Below, piece by piece: positions 41,946 through 52,885 of a DNA stretch of 64,000 nt; the stretch's first letter is position 1; each line of letters starts with the position of its first letter. The DNA comes from an uncultured Acidobacteriota bacterium (GTDB lineage: Bacteria > Acidobacteriota > Polarisedimenticolia > J045): contig CAVPCQ010000017.1 in the NCBI GenBank assembly GCA_963702425.1, forward strand, positions 32,001-96,000. Direction: 5' to 3'. The position numbers and the translations under genes were made by a program. The notes below the pieces were generated by a model. The model was given only the letters and a program-made list of their open reading frames with translations, searched no databases and was not told the origin of the DNA.

Positions 41946-43052
41946 ATGCGTCGTGTTGCATGTGTCGCCGCTGCCGTTGTCTGCTGCCTCTTCTCATTCG
42001 CCCCGGCCAGGGCGGATAGGACGGTCTTCTTCGCGGACTGCCAGGTTGCTACGCCGGTGGATTCCGGTATCACGTCCGACACCATCAGCAGCAACGGCTA
42101 CATCTTCACCTACACGCGCGACAAGTTGTTCACGGGCGGGACAGGGCAGCCGATCGGCCGCGCGGTCCGCGTGCCGTGGCCGGACGGCGTCGAAGCGCAG
42201 GCCGTGACGACGCCACCGCCGGGCGTGTTCGACTACAAGGCACGAATCACGCTCCAGCGGGTCGATGGGGGACTGTTCGACCTGCCGGCATTCACGGCCA
42301 AGCTGCTCGGCAACACGGCAGCGACCGGCGCGGCGATCGAGATCATGCCGCTCCTGAACGGAGAGGACGCTTTCGCCGATCCTCTGTACTTTGACGCTTC
42401 TGGGTACTATGGCCAGGACTTCTCTTACGACACGTCACCGAACCCGATGGGCAGTACCGCTCTGCTGGTCGGGTTCGACACGTACAAGATCAACCTGTTC
42501 GTTGATTTCGCACTGGTGGCTCTCACCCTCGACAGCACCGCGCCGGCCGAACAGTCCTGTTGCCTGGCCGGCCTCTCGTGCGCGGAGCTGAAAGCGGAGG
42601 CTTGCCTGCTGCAGGGAGGAACGCCGCTGGGCGCCGGAACGAGTTGTTCCTGCAACCCCTGCCTGGCGCCCACCGGTCCGCCTCCGGCCCCCGACGGCCG
42701 CGGCGCCACCGCGCCGCTGCGCGCCGCGAACCTGGCGACGACGGGTGACTCGATGCAGGTGACCTGGGACGCGTCTTCGTGCCCGGCAACCGACTACAAC
42801 CTGGTCCACGGGGACCTGGCCCAGGTCGCCGGCTACTCGCTGGGCGGCGCCGTGTGCTCGATCGGAACGACCGGCAGTTTCGACTGGATCGGTGTGCCGG
42901 CGGGGAACCTCTACTTCCTGGTCGTCGGCACCGACGGCGCGGGAACGGAGAGCAGCTGGGGTCTCGATTCAGCGAATCAGGAGCGCAACGGGCCCGTTCC
43001 GTCGGGCGCGTGCGGGGTGACGGTCAAGGACGTCTCCGCAACCTGTCCCTGA
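41946..43052 (+). CDS. Secreted hypothetical protein with Cys-rich linker and conserved C-terminal domain
   Basis: Signal peptide MRRVACV...ARA; C-terminal YFLVVG...ESSWG. Confidence 0.75.
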   Translation: MRRVACVAAAVVCCLFSFAPARADRTVFFADCQVATPVDSGITSDTISSNGYIFTYTRDKLFTGGTGQPIGRAVRVPWPDGVEAQAVTTPPPGVFDYKARITLQRVDGGLFDLPAFTAKLLGNTAATGAAIEIMPLLNGEDAFADPLYFDASGYYGQDFSYDTSPNPMGSTALLVGFDTYKINLFVDFALVALTLDSTAPAEQSCCLAGLSCAELKAEACLLQGGTPLGAGTSCSCNPCLAPTGPPPAPDGRGATAPLRAANLATTGDSMQVTWDASSCPATDYNLVHGDLAQVAGYSLGGAVCSIGTTGSFDWIGVPAGNLYFLVVGTDGAGTESSWGLDSANQERNGPVPSGACGVTVKDVSATCP

Positions 43053-43179
43053 TGCAGCGGCCGGTACCTTCAGGCGGCGACCAGGTCGGACGCGCCGATC
43101 GTGTTGGTCCAGGTCGCCGTTTTCCGTCCCCCGCAGTCGGTCCCGGACGCTTCCGGACGCGGCGCTCATGCGCCCCGCC

Positions 43180-44265
43180 TCAGTACCGATCGTCGTCTCC
43201 TGTCGGCGCCATCGGCAGCACGGGCCAGGTGGTTGCGTTGATCGTGGTGCCGCCGTGCGAGAAGGCCCCGGCACCCCGCACGAAGTCCGCCGGGAAGTTG
43301 AGCGCCGGCGCCGAGACCTCGTCCAGCGCGGCCCGCTGCTCCGGAGCCAGCACCAGGTCCAGCGCCGCGAGGTTCTCGTCGAGCTGGGCCAGCGTCCGCG
43401 CGCCGAGGATGGTCGACGCCACGCCCGGGCGTCCCTGCACCCACGCCAGCGCGACCTGCGCCGGGGTCGCCCCGAGCTCCGCGGCGACGCGTGTCACGAC
43501 GTCGAGCACCGAGAAGGCCCGCTCGTCGAGCGACGACACGACCCAGTCGCCGCGCCCCGGCGTCGCCTTCTGGACGCTCTCGCGCGTGTGCTTGCCGGTC
43601 AGCACGCCGTAGCGCAGCGGCGACCAGGGCGTCACGCCGAGCCCCAGCTCGAGCGCCATCGGGACCAGTTCCCCTTCGATCGTCCGCTCCAGCAGCGAGT
43701 ACTCGACCTGCAGCGCGATCACCGGCGACCACGAGCGGAAGTGCGCCGTGACCTGGGCCTGGGCGACCTTCCAGGCCGGCGTGTCGGAGAAGCCGACGTA
43801 GCGCACCTTGCCCGCCGCCACCAGGTCGTCGAGCACGCGCATCGTCTCCTCGATCGGGGTGATCGGGTCCCAGCAGTGCATCCAGTAGAGGTCGATGTAG
43901 TCGGTGTGGAGGCGCCGCAGCGAGTCCTCGCACGCGGCGACGATCGCCTTGCGGCTCGTGCCGCCGGCGTTCGGGTCGCCCGGGAAGAGGCTGGAGAAGA
44001 ACTTGGTCGCCAGGACGACGCGCCGGCGCTTGCCGGGGTGGCGCCCGAGGTGCTCGCCGAGGATCGCCTCGGAGTGACCCTTGGTGTAGAAGTTCGCGGT
44101 GTCGATGAAGTTGCCGCCCGCGTCGAGGTAACGGTCGATGATCGCCTTGGATTCGGTGGCGCTGGCGCCCCAGCCCCAGTCCTCGCCGAAGGTCATCGCA
44201 CCCAGGCAGAACGGGCTGACGGCGAGACCGGAGCGCCCGAGGGTCACGTAGTGGTTCAGCGGCAT
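43180..44265 (-). CDS. Aldo/keto reductase
   Basis: LGAMTFG, FIDTANFY, LATK, DYIDLY..H, WSPL. Confidence 0.95.
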   Translation of the reverse strand: MPLNHYVTLGRSGLAVSPFCLGAMTFGEDWGWGASATESKAIIDRYLDAGGNFIDTANFYTKGHSEAILGEHLGRHPGKRRRVVLATKFFSSLFPGDPNAGGTSRKAIVAACEDSLRRLHTDYIDLYWMHCWDPITPIEETMRVLDDLVAAGKVRYVGFSDTPAWKVAQAQVTAHFRSWSPVIALQVEYSLLERTIEGELVPMALELGLGVTPWSPLRYGVLTGKHTRESVQKATPGRGDWVVSSLDERAFSVLDVVTRVAAELGATPAQVALAWVQGRPGVASTILGARTLAQLDENLAALDLVLAPEQRAALDEVSAPALNFPADFVRGAGAFSHGGTTINATTWPVLPMAPTGDDDRY

Positions 44266-44354
44266 GGGTCTCCCTCCGGGAACCGGGACAGTCTACGCCG
44301 CGTGGCGAAGGGGGCAATCGTGGGGCACGATCGGTCGCGGGAGGCTCGCCGAGC

Positions 44355-44720
44355 ATGAGGAAGGCCAGGAGCGTCGAGGAGTACCTCTCGCGGCAGGCAC
44401 CCGAAGCGCGCGCGGCGCTGGAGCAGCTCCGCGCGACGATCCGCGCGGCGCTGCCGGAGGCGACCGAGGGGATCGCGTGGGGGATGTGCGCGTTCAAGCT
44501 GGGCGGGAAGACCACGCTCTGCTACGCCGCGTTCAAGGCGCACTACAGCCTGTTCCCGATGTCGGCCGAGGTGATCTCGGACCACGCGGAGGAGCTGGGC
44601 GAGCGCGCCGCGAGCAAGGGTACGATCCGCTTCGCGAACGGCGAGCGGCTGCCCGTGCGCCTCGTCAGGAAGATCGTGAAGGCGCGCGTCGCGGAGGTCG
44701 AGGCGAAGCGGAAGCGGTGA
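44355..44720 (+). CDS. DUF1801/YdhG-like protein
   Basis: SVEEYL...EGIAWGM...KGTIRF. Confidence 0.85.
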   Translation: MRKARSVEEYLSRQAPEARAALEQLRATIRAALPEATEGIAWGMCAFKLGGKTTLCYAAFKAHYSLFPMSAEVISDHAEELGERAASKGTIRFANGERLPVRLVRKIVKARVAEVEAKRKR

Positions 44721-44788
44721 TCTCGCCGGGACCGGCGCGGCGCTCCAGCCGTCGCTCCGGGCCGGCCGCCGCGCCAGCGTGGCCGTGG

Positions 44789-46426
44789 CTACGGGCAGTT
44801 GGTCGGGTCGACGAATGACTGGCAGGAGACGACCGGCGCCGGTCGCGGTGCTCCGGTCGAGTCGCTGCCGCAGTTCCCCTCGGTGGTCCCGTGCAGCGGC
44901 GCGACGAGGAAGTAGCGCGCCCCCGACGCGGGCGTCAGCGTCGCCTCGAGCACGCCGCCCGTCGTGCAGGCGACGGGCCGATGGCTCTGCCACGCCCCCA
45001 TCGTCCCCTCGTAGACGGCGAAGTCGCTCGCCGTGCCGCAGGCCGGGTCCCAGCGCAGGTCGAGCCCGGTTCCGCCCGCGTTCCGCACGACGCGCAGCCC
45101 GCCGACGCCGCCGGGGAAGGGCGGGTCGCCCGTCGCGCTCTGCGTGTAGTGGAACAGGACGAAGGGCGACTCCCCGACGACCGCGATCGTGCCGGTCGGC
45201 CCGCGGCGGACGCCGAGCCCGCGGACGGCTGCGTCGGTATAGGTGACCCAGTCCTCGTTCCCGGCCGCGGAGTACCGCACGGTGACGGTCTTGAGATAGC
45301 TCAGCTCGCCCGAGGTCGGGCCCGGGCCGCCCTGTCCCGTGACGTAGATCTCGTTCTCGGGACCGATCGTGACGAAGTAGGGGAACTCGTCGTTGTAGTT
45401 GTGGCGGTCGTAGACCTTCGACCAGAGCTGGGCGCCGCCGGAGTCGAGCTTGTAGGTCAGCCAGTTGGTGTAGATGCCGGTGTAGCCCGTGACGATGACG
45501 TTGCCGGCGGCGTCGACCGCGACGCGCCGCGCCGAATATCCCGGATACATCTTCGACCAGGCGATGTTCCCCGTCGGGCCGTACTTGACGACGTAGAACT
45601 GGTTCGAGGTCTGCTGGGTGTAGGTGCCGCCGACGACGTACGCTTCGCCGCCCGGCCCCAGGGCGATGTCGGCTCCGCTCGTCGACGCGGCCACGCGGGA
45701 GGACCACAGCAGGTTCCCCGCGGGGTCGTACTCGCCGGTGACGAACCAGCCGTTCGCACCGCCCGAGACGAGGACGTTCCCGTTCGGCCGGATCGCGAGC
45801 GCGCTCGGCCGATCGGCCGACAGGGCGTCGTACCCGAGGGCGCGGGTCCACGCCCGCTGGCCGCTCGCGGTGTACTTGACCGTGATCATGTCGTCGGTGC
45901 CGGACCAGGCCCGCGCGATGACGTAGGCGTTCCCCTGGGCATCGACTTCGACGCGATACGCGCGGCCGCGCGTGGCGGGGACGATGTCGCTCCAGAGCAC
46001 GGTGCCGTCGGCGTCGTAGCGGATCGTGACGTAGCCGGTGGTGCTCGAGTCCGAGAAGTCGCCGGAGACGGTGTAGCCGGTCACGACGGCGCCCCCGGCG
46101 GGGTGCACGGCGACCCACGCGCCCTGCTCGCGCGTCCCCGGGTTGTCGAACTCGCGCTGCCACAGCTGGTGGCCGAGCTGGTCGTACTTGGCGGTGACGA
46201 TCGTGGCGAAGGGGTACGAGCCGGTGACGTAGAGGAAGCCGGCGTCGTCGACCGCGACCATCGCACCGTAGAGACTGGAGGATCCCCACTGCGACACGGT
46301 GGCGGACCAGTCCTGCGACACCGAAGCGACGGCGAGCGCGGCGGGCCATGGAGCCAGCGCGATCGCGAGGGCCAGGAGGATCCGATTCCGGCAGGCTGCA
46401 GATCGGCGATGACGATGGCTGGACAC
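44789..46426 (-). CDS. Secreted beta-propeller (SBBP-like) protein
   Basis: Repeats of VDAAGN.YVTG...KYD..G..LW; signal peptide. Confidence 0.85.
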   Translation of the reverse strand: MSSHRHRRSAACRNRILLALAIALAPWPAALAVASVSQDWSATVSQWGSSSLYGAMVAVDDAGFLYVTGSYPFATIVTAKYDQLGHQLWQREFDNPGTREQGAWVAVHPAGGAVVTGYTVSGDFSDSSTTGYVTIRYDADGTVLWSDIVPATRGRAYRVEVDAQGNAYVIARAWSGTDDMITVKYTASGQRAWTRALGYDALSADRPSALAIRPNGNVLVSGGANGWFVTGEYDPAGNLLWSSRVAASTSGADIALGPGGEAYVVGGTYTQQTSNQFYVVKYGPTGNIAWSKMYPGYSARRVAVDAAGNVIVTGYTGIYTNWLTYKLDSGGAQLWSKVYDRHNYNDEFPYFVTIGPENEIYVTGQGGPGPTSGELSYLKTVTVRYSAAGNEDWVTYTDAAVRGLGVRRGPTGTIAVVGESPFVLFHYTQSATGDPPFPGGVGGLRVVRNAGGTGLDLRWDPACGTASDFAVYEGTMGAWQSHRPVACTTGGVLEATLTPASGARYFLVAPLHGTTEGNCGSDSTGAPRPAPVVSCQSFVDPTNCP

Positions 46427-47027
46427 GGCTCGTTCCCTCCCCGGGGCTGACAGCTTACGGCGGATACCGCGCTCCGCGCAGGATGGTGTGTGACGCCGGT
46501 CGCACGCGAGCTTACGGACTCGTTAGCATGCGGGTCGACGCGGCGGTGCTGGAAGGCCCCCGATCGGCAGCGGCTCGAGCGGCTTTGCCGTTACGTCGCC
46601 CGACCGCCCCTCGCCAGCGAGCGGCTCTCCCGGCTCGAGGACGGCCGCCTGCTCTACCGGCTCAAGCGCCGCTGGCGCGACGGCACGACGGCGCTCGTCT
46701 TCGAGCCGCTCGAATTGATCGAGCGGCTCGCCGCGCTGGTGCCGCCGCCGCGCCGGCACCTCGTCCGCTACCACGGGGTCCTCGCCCCCGCCTCCGCGCT
46801 GCGCCCGTGGATCGTGCCCCATCCGCCCACCGAGGACGGGATCCCCGCCGACGACGTCACATCCAAGCCGGCACCTCCGGCACCTGGCCTCACGTCGCCG
46901 GGTGCGCGGCCTCCCGGCGCACGGTCTCCCGACCCCCGCGGCCGCTACCTCTCCTGGGCCGAGTTACTGCGCCGAGTGTTGGACCGACCACCCGACTGCA
47001 CCCGGTACCCGCGATGCGGTGCGTCGG

Positions 47028-47312
47028 ATGCGGATCACGCATCCGTTCCACCCGCTGCGGGGGCGGGAGTTCGTCGTGCTGGACGAGCGCCGCAACCGCC
47101 ACGGCGAGCGGGTCTGGTACCGCGCTGAGGACGGCTCGGCGCGGACGGTCCCGCGGGGCTGGACGAGCCTGGGGGAGGCCGATCTCTTCGCGACGATTTC
47201 GGCCGGGCGGGCCTGGTTTCGGTGGGACGACCTGCGGCGGCTGGTGGCGTTGATCGGGGAGCTGCGGGAGGGGCTGGGCCCGGGGGACGCGGGGGGAGGG
47301 GGTGTCAAGTGA
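47028..47312 (+). CDS. DUF5372/Y4bD-like protein
   Basis: Same as 37197-37481. Confidence 0.7.
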   Translation: MRITHPFHPLRGREFVVLDERRNRHGERVWYRAEDGSARTVPRGWTSLGEADLFATISAGRAWFRWDDLRRLVALIGELREGLGPGDAGGGGVK

Positions 47313-47488
47313 ATTTCGTCCATATTGTCTGGAGTATTATGCTCGTAGCGGTCGGGGGCGCCGCAGCCGATCGGGCCTTGATCAGCCGAATGCCGCGCAT
47401 CAGAGCGATAATGGCACAAGGCCCATGGACACGGTCTTTGATGTGTGCATAATGGTCCTGACACACGGCGACGACCCAGGAGGAGACC

Positions 47489-47953
47489 ATGGCCGCACCG
47501 AGCGACGACTCCAAGCGCCGCGAGCTGGCCCGCCGCGGGGCGCTGCACCCCCACGCCGCGCAGGTCACGGACCCGCTCTTCGCGCGCGAGCCGTTCTTCG
47601 ACCGCCGCGACGCGGTGCAGGTCAAGTACGAGATGCTGCGCAGCGTGCGGGCCGAGGGCCGTCCGGTGAGCCAGGCGGCGGCGCAGTTCGGCTTCTCGCG
47701 CCCGACCTTCTACGAGGCGCGAGCGGCCTTCGAGCGCGCCGGTCTGCCGGGTTTGCTGCCGGCGAAGAAAGGGCCGAAGCGCGCGCACAAGCTCTCGGCG
47801 GAGGTCCTGGCCTTCATCGACCGGCAGCTCGACGCCCGGCCGGCGCCGACCATGGAGGCACTCAGCGCGCGGATCCACGAGCACTTCGGCCGGTCGGTCC
47901 ATCCCCGCAGCATCCGGCGCGCCCTGCTGCGCCGCACAAAAAAAAACCCGTAG
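47489..47953 (+). CDS. HTH protein
   Basis: Same protein as 37659-38123. Confidence 0.85.
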   Translation: MAAPSDDSKRRELARRGALHPHAAQVTDPLFAREPFFDRRDAVQVKYEMLRSVRAEGRPVSQAAAQFGFSRPTFYEARAAFERAGLPGLLPAKKGPKRAHKLSAEVLAFIDRQLDARPAPTMEALSARIHEHFGRSVHPRSIRRALLRRTKKNP

Positions 47954-50370
47954 ACCCGCGCCCACCGACGTCCGGTCTCGCCGCGCACTACGAGCGGCTG
48001 CGGGAGGGTGTGCTCGGCGGCGACCGCCGGCCGTCGATCGGCGAGACGATCGTCCGTGGCCAGGGACTGTGGGCCTTCATCGCGCTCGCCGCGGCCGAGG
48101 CGCCGAGCGGCACGCCACCGCGCGTGGTCACGGGATCGAGCGGCGCTCTGCCGGCACCGGCGGTGGCCGAGCGGGGCGCGCTGCTCGCGGCGTGGGCCGA
48201 GCTCGTCGTCGCCGTCGTGCAGCGCCCGGAGGTCTCATGACCGAGGCCACGCCACAGAAGGTCGCCGCGACCCACCTGGCGCGCCAGGCCTTCCTCTACG
48301 TCCGCCAGTCGACGCTGCGCCAGGTGGTCGAGAATCCGGAGAGCACGCGCCGGCAGTACGCGCTGCGCGAGCGGGCCAGCGCGCTGGGCTGGCGGGCCGA
48401 GCAGATCGTCGTGATCGACTGCGATCTCGGTCGTTCGGGCGCGACGGCCGAGCGCGAGGGCTTCCAGCGGCTGGTCGCCGAGGTCGGGATGGGGCGGGCC
48501 GGGATCGTGCTCGGTCTCGAGGTTTCCCGCCTGGCCCGCAACTCCACCGACTGGCACCGCCTGCTCGAGATCTGCGCGCTGACCGAGACGCTGATCCTCG
48601 ACGAGGACGGCCTGTACGATCCGACGCAGTACAACGACCGTTTGCTGCTCGGCTTGAAGGGCACGCTCTCGGAGGCCGAGCTGCACCTGCTGCGCGCGCG
48701 GATGCGCGGGGGTCTGCTGGCCAAGGCCCGCCGCGGCGAGCTGGGCCTCGGTCTGCCGGTCGGCCTGGTCTATGACGAGCTGGGGCGCGTCGTGCTGCAT
48801 CCCGACGCGCAGGTGCGCGAGACCCTGGCGCTGTTCTTCCGCACCTTTCAGCGCACCGGGGCGGCTTGTGCGACGGTCAAGTATTTCTCGACGGAGCAGA
48901 TCCCTTTCCCCGCGCCGACCCGCCCGGGGAGTCGCTCGGCGCAGGTCGTGTGGGGTCGGCTCAACCTCACGCGGGCCGTCAGCCTGCTGCACAACCCGCG
49001 CTACGCCGGGGCCTTCGCCTACGGCCGGCGCCGCGCGCGGCGGCAGCCCGACGGCCGCTTCCAGACCACGCGGGTACCGCGCGACCAATGGCTCGTGCTG
49101 CGCCTCGAGGCGCACCCGGGCTACATCGCGTGGGACGAGTTCGAGCGCAACCAGGAGCGGCTCGCGGCCTCGGCCCGGGCCTACGGGCTCGACCGCCGCG
49201 ACGGTCCGCCGCGCGAAGGCCCGGCGCTGCTCCAGGGGCGCGTGCTCTGCGGCCGCTGCGGCGCGCGGATGACGGTCCGCTACCATCAGCGACGCGGCCA
49301 ACTCGTGCCGGACTACGTCTGCTGTCTCCGGACGCTGCAACACCGCGACCCGCCGTGCCAGGTCCTGCCCGGCGGCGCGGTCGACCGCGCGATCGGGCGT
49401 CTGATCGTCACGACGCTGACGCCCTTCGCCCTCGAGCTGACGCTCGCCGTCCAGGCCGAGCTCGAAACCCGCCTCGACGAGGCCGACCGGCTGCGCGGCC
49501 AGCAGATCGAGCGCGCCCTGCACGAGGCCGAGCTGGCCCGCCGCCGCTACCTGCAGGTCGATCCGACGCATCGTCTCGTCGCCGCCTCGCTCGAGGCCGA
49601 CTGGAATGACCGCCTGCGCGCGGTCGCCGAGACGCGCGAGCGCGTCGAGCACCAGCGCGACGCCGACCGCGGCGCTTTCGACGAGCAGACCCGGCAGCGG
49701 ATCCGCGACCTCGCCGCCGACGTCCCGGCCGTCTGGGACGATCCCGCCACACCGCCGCGCGAGCGCAAGCGGATCCTCGGTCTGCTGCTCGCGGACGTCA
49801 CGCTGGCCCGGCAGGACGACGAGATCACGCTCGCGGTCCGCTTCCGCGGCGGCGCCACGACGACGCTTCGCGTCCCGCTCCGGATCGGTCCCTGGCGCGG
49901 GCGCAAGACCCATCCCCAGGTCGTCGCACGGGCCGCGACGCTGCTCGCCTCCCACACCGCCGGCGAGGTCGCCGCGCGACTCAACGCGGAGGGCTTCACC
50001 TCCGGGGCCGGCCTCCCTTTCAAGCCGGACACCGTCGAATGGATGGGCCGGCACTACGTGGCAGTTCCGGCGATCGTGATCACCCGATCCGGGATCGTGA
50101 TCACTGATTCCGCTGATGGTGATCACGCGTCGGAGCGAAGCGACGGTCGGTTCGTTCTAGTTTCGCCTCCTGTCAAGCCTCGGCAGATTCTAACGCGGGA
50201 TCCCGATCGGTTGAAGGCTGGGTGGCAGCAGGGCCTGTGGGGCCTGTGGGCGGCGCGGCCGTTCGCGCCGTCCAAGGGGCGGTGGGAAACGCGACGTCAT
50301 GCGTTTTCCACGGACCCGCCAGGATCCATAGGCCGTCGCGCGTCAGCGCGAGTTCGGAGCGCAGCGACGA

Positions 50371-51126
50371 TCATCGGGTCTTGTCTCCGCCACGGATCGG
50401 ACTGCGGAGCTCGCGTTGCGAGGGCCCTTTGAGATCGATCTTGTGCGCGCGGTGGACCAGGCGATCCAGGATGGCGTCTGCGAGCATCGCTTCGCCGATC
50501 ACCTCGTGCCAGGCTTTGATCGGGAGCTGACCGGCCAGGAGTGTCGAGCCACGCTCGGCGCGGTCCTCGATCACCTCGAGCAGGTCGCGGCGCCCGGCGT
50601 CCTGGAGCGGCGAGAGCAGCCAGTCGTCGATCACCAGCAGATCGAGCTTGGCCAGTCGGGCCAGCAGGCGGCCGGACGAGCCGTCGCCGCGGGCGACGGC
50701 CAGGGCCTGGATCAGGCGCGGGGCGCGGACGTACTGGGCGGTGAAGCCCTTGCGGCAGGCGCGTTCGCCGAAGGCGCAGGCCAGGTAGGACTTTCCCGAT
50801 CCGGTCGGGCCGGTGATGATCAGGTTGTGCCGCTCGGTGATCCAGGTGCAGGTGCCGAGCGCGAGCAGCACCTGGCGATCCAGGCCGCGCCCGGGCTTGA
50901 CCTCGACGTCCTCGAGTGCGGCGTCGTAGCGCAGCCGCGCCAGCTTGAGCCGCCGCGTCAGCTTGCGCTGCTCGCGCTGGGTCCACTCGTGGTCGACCAG
51001 CAGACCGAAGCGCTCTTCGAAGCTGAGCGCGACGTGTGTGGTGTCGTGTTGCTGCCGGTCGAAGGCCTCGGCCATGCCGTGCAGGTTCATCGCCTGGAGC
51101 TTGTCGATCGTGGGTTGGGTCAGCAT
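50371..51126 (-). CDS. istB: IS21 helper ATPase
   Basis: GPTGSGKS, IDDW, AILDRLVH. Confidence 0.93.
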   Translation of the reverse strand: MLTQPTIDKLQAMNLHGMAEAFDRQQHDTTHVALSFEERFGLLVDHEWTQREQRKLTRRLKLARLRYDAALEDVEVKPGRGLDRQVLLALGTCTWITERHNLIITGPTGSGKSYLACAFGERACRKGFTAQYVRAPRLIQALAVARGDGSSGRLLARLAKLDLLVIDDWLLSPLQDAGRRDLLEVIEDRAERGSTLLAGQLPIKAWHEVIGEAMLADAILDRLVHRAHKIDLKGPSQRELRSPIRGGDKTR

Positions 51127-52685
51127 TCGGTCTCCTGGGACACGTAGTAGTCCGCGCCACGGATGTTGGGATGGCCTTGCGGGGGGGGCGACAGAGCCAA
51201 CGGCTCGTCCGCGATCGGGACACGGTCGAGACCGGCTTGCAGGATGTTGTGCACGGTCTTGAAGCTCACGGCGGCGAGGCGTTCGGCCCGCGCACAGGCC
51301 GCCTCGAGACGGCCGTCGCCGTGCTTCTTGCCGAGACGCATCAGACCCAGACAGGCCCGATAGCCCTGCTCGGGGTGGGGCCTCGAGCGCAGGATCTGCT
51401 CGACCACGCGCCCCGTGGCCGGGCCGCTCTTCTCGGCCCAGTGGATCAGCCGCGAGGGCGTCCACTCGGCGTGGGCACGATGCGACGCGGGCATGTGCTC
51501 GGGGTAGGTCGAGCTCTGGCCGCGGCCCCGCAACCGCCGGTGCGACGTGATCCGGCGGCCGTTGTGGAAGACTTCGACGACGTCGGCGGTGAGGCGGGCG
51601 TCGACCTGCTCGTACAGCAGCGTGTACGGCACGCTGTAGGTGTTGTATTCGATCGCGATGTGGTAGTCGATGCTGACCCGGCAGGTCTTCCACTGGCCCA
51701 GCTCGTAGCGCCGCGGTGGCAGCGGCTTGAGTGCGGGCCGGTCGAGCTGCTCGAACAGCTCGCGGCGGCTGACACCCAGGGCGCGGATCCGCCGCTCGTT
51801 GAGGTGTCCGGTCAACTCCCGAATCGCCGCGTTCAGCTCGTGCAGGCTGAAGAAGATGCGATGCCGCAGCACCGCCAGGATCCAGCGCTCCGCCAGCAGC
51901 ACCCCCGCTTCGACCTTGGCCTTGTCCTTCGGCCGATAGCTCCGTGCTGGGATCACCGCGGTCCCGTAATGCGCCGCCATCTCGCCGTAGCTGCGGTTGA
52001 CCTCCGGCTCGTAACGACACGGCTTCGTCACCCCGCTCTTCAAGTTGTCGGGGACCAGCATCTCCGGGGCTCCGCCCCAGGCCTCAAACATGTGGACGTG
52101 TGCCCGGATCCACGGCTCCAGCTCCTGCGATTCCACCGCCTCGGCGTAGGTCTCACTGCTCGCCCCCAGCACCCCGACGAACAACTCCACTTCGCGCACG
52201 GCGCCCGTCGCGGGGTCAACGAGCCGCGGCTTGCTCCCGGCGAAGTCGACGAAGGCCTTCTCACCCGCCCGATGGACCTGCCGCATGCTCGGCTTGAGCC
52301 GCGCAGCGAAGCGTCGATACAACTCGCAGAACTGGCTGTAGCGATAGTGATTCACCGGGTGCGCCGCGGCGTACTCGCCCCACAGCAGCTGCAGCGTCAC
52401 GTGCTTGCGCCGCAGCTCCTGATGCACCCAGCTCCAGTCGGGGGGCAGCCGCTCGACCTCCACGCCCGGGGCCGGCGGGAACAGCCGCACCGTCAACGCC
52501 GCGTCGTCCAACTCCTCCGGCAGCGGCCAGGACAGACCGGCCGCCTGGGCGCGCTGGACGTAGGCGCAGACCGTACCCGTGCCGATCCCTGCCGACCGCG
52601 CGATCTCACGGTGCGTCAGCCGGCACTCCCATTTCAGTCGCAGGATCTCGCGCAACTTCCTCATCAGCAGCCTCTCGCCAGCCAT
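51120..52685 (-). CDS. istA: IS21 transposase
   Basis: FVDFAG, VPDNLKSGV, PKDKAKVE. Confidence 0.95.
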   Translation of the reverse strand: MAGERLLMRKLREILRLKWECRLTHREIARSAGIGTGTVCAYVQRAQAAGLSWPLPEELDDAALTVRLFPPAPGVEVERLPPDWSWVHQELRRKHVTLQLLWGEYAAAHPVNHYRYSQFCELYRRFAARLKPSMRQVHRAGEKAFVDFAGSKPRLVDPATGAVREVELFVGVLGASSETYAEAVESQELEPWIRAHVHMFEAWGGAPEMLVPDNLKSGVTKPCRYEPEVNRSYGEMAAHYGTAVIPARSYRPKDKAKVEAGVLLAERWILAVLRHRIFFSLHELNAAIRELTGHLNERRIRALGVSRRELFEQLDRPALKPLPPRRYELGQWKTCRVSIDYHIAIEYNTYSVPYTLLYEQVDARLTADVVEVFHNGRRITSHRRLRGRGQSSTYPEHMPASHRAHAEWTPSRLIHWAEKSGPATGRVVEQILRSRPHPEQGYRACLGLMRLGKKHGDGRLEAACARAERLAAVSFKTVHNILQAGLDRVPIADEPLALSPPPQGHPNIRGADYYVSQETEC

Positions 52686-52740
52686 CGGCCCCTCCGCAAA
52701 AGGGCCAGATTGACCGCGTTCGCTGCCGACGCCTACCAGT

Positions 52741-52885
52741 GATCACGATGCCCGGAATCCCTGATCACGATCCCGGAATCCCTGATCAGGATCCCGGAAT
52801 CCGCGATCACGATCCCCGGAACCGGTGATCACGATCCCGGAATCCCTGATCACGATGCCCCGGAATGAGCGATCACGATGGTCCG
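52741..52885. repeat. IS21 subterminal tandem repeats (GATCACGATCCCGGAATCCCT-like)
   Basis: About six imperfect 21-22 bp copies; inverted copies at 50070-50125. Confidence 0.85.

Noticed and set aside
52741-52885. Short tandem repeats resembling a CRISPR array
   Set aside because: No unique spacers and no cas genes; these are typical IS21 subterminal repeats.
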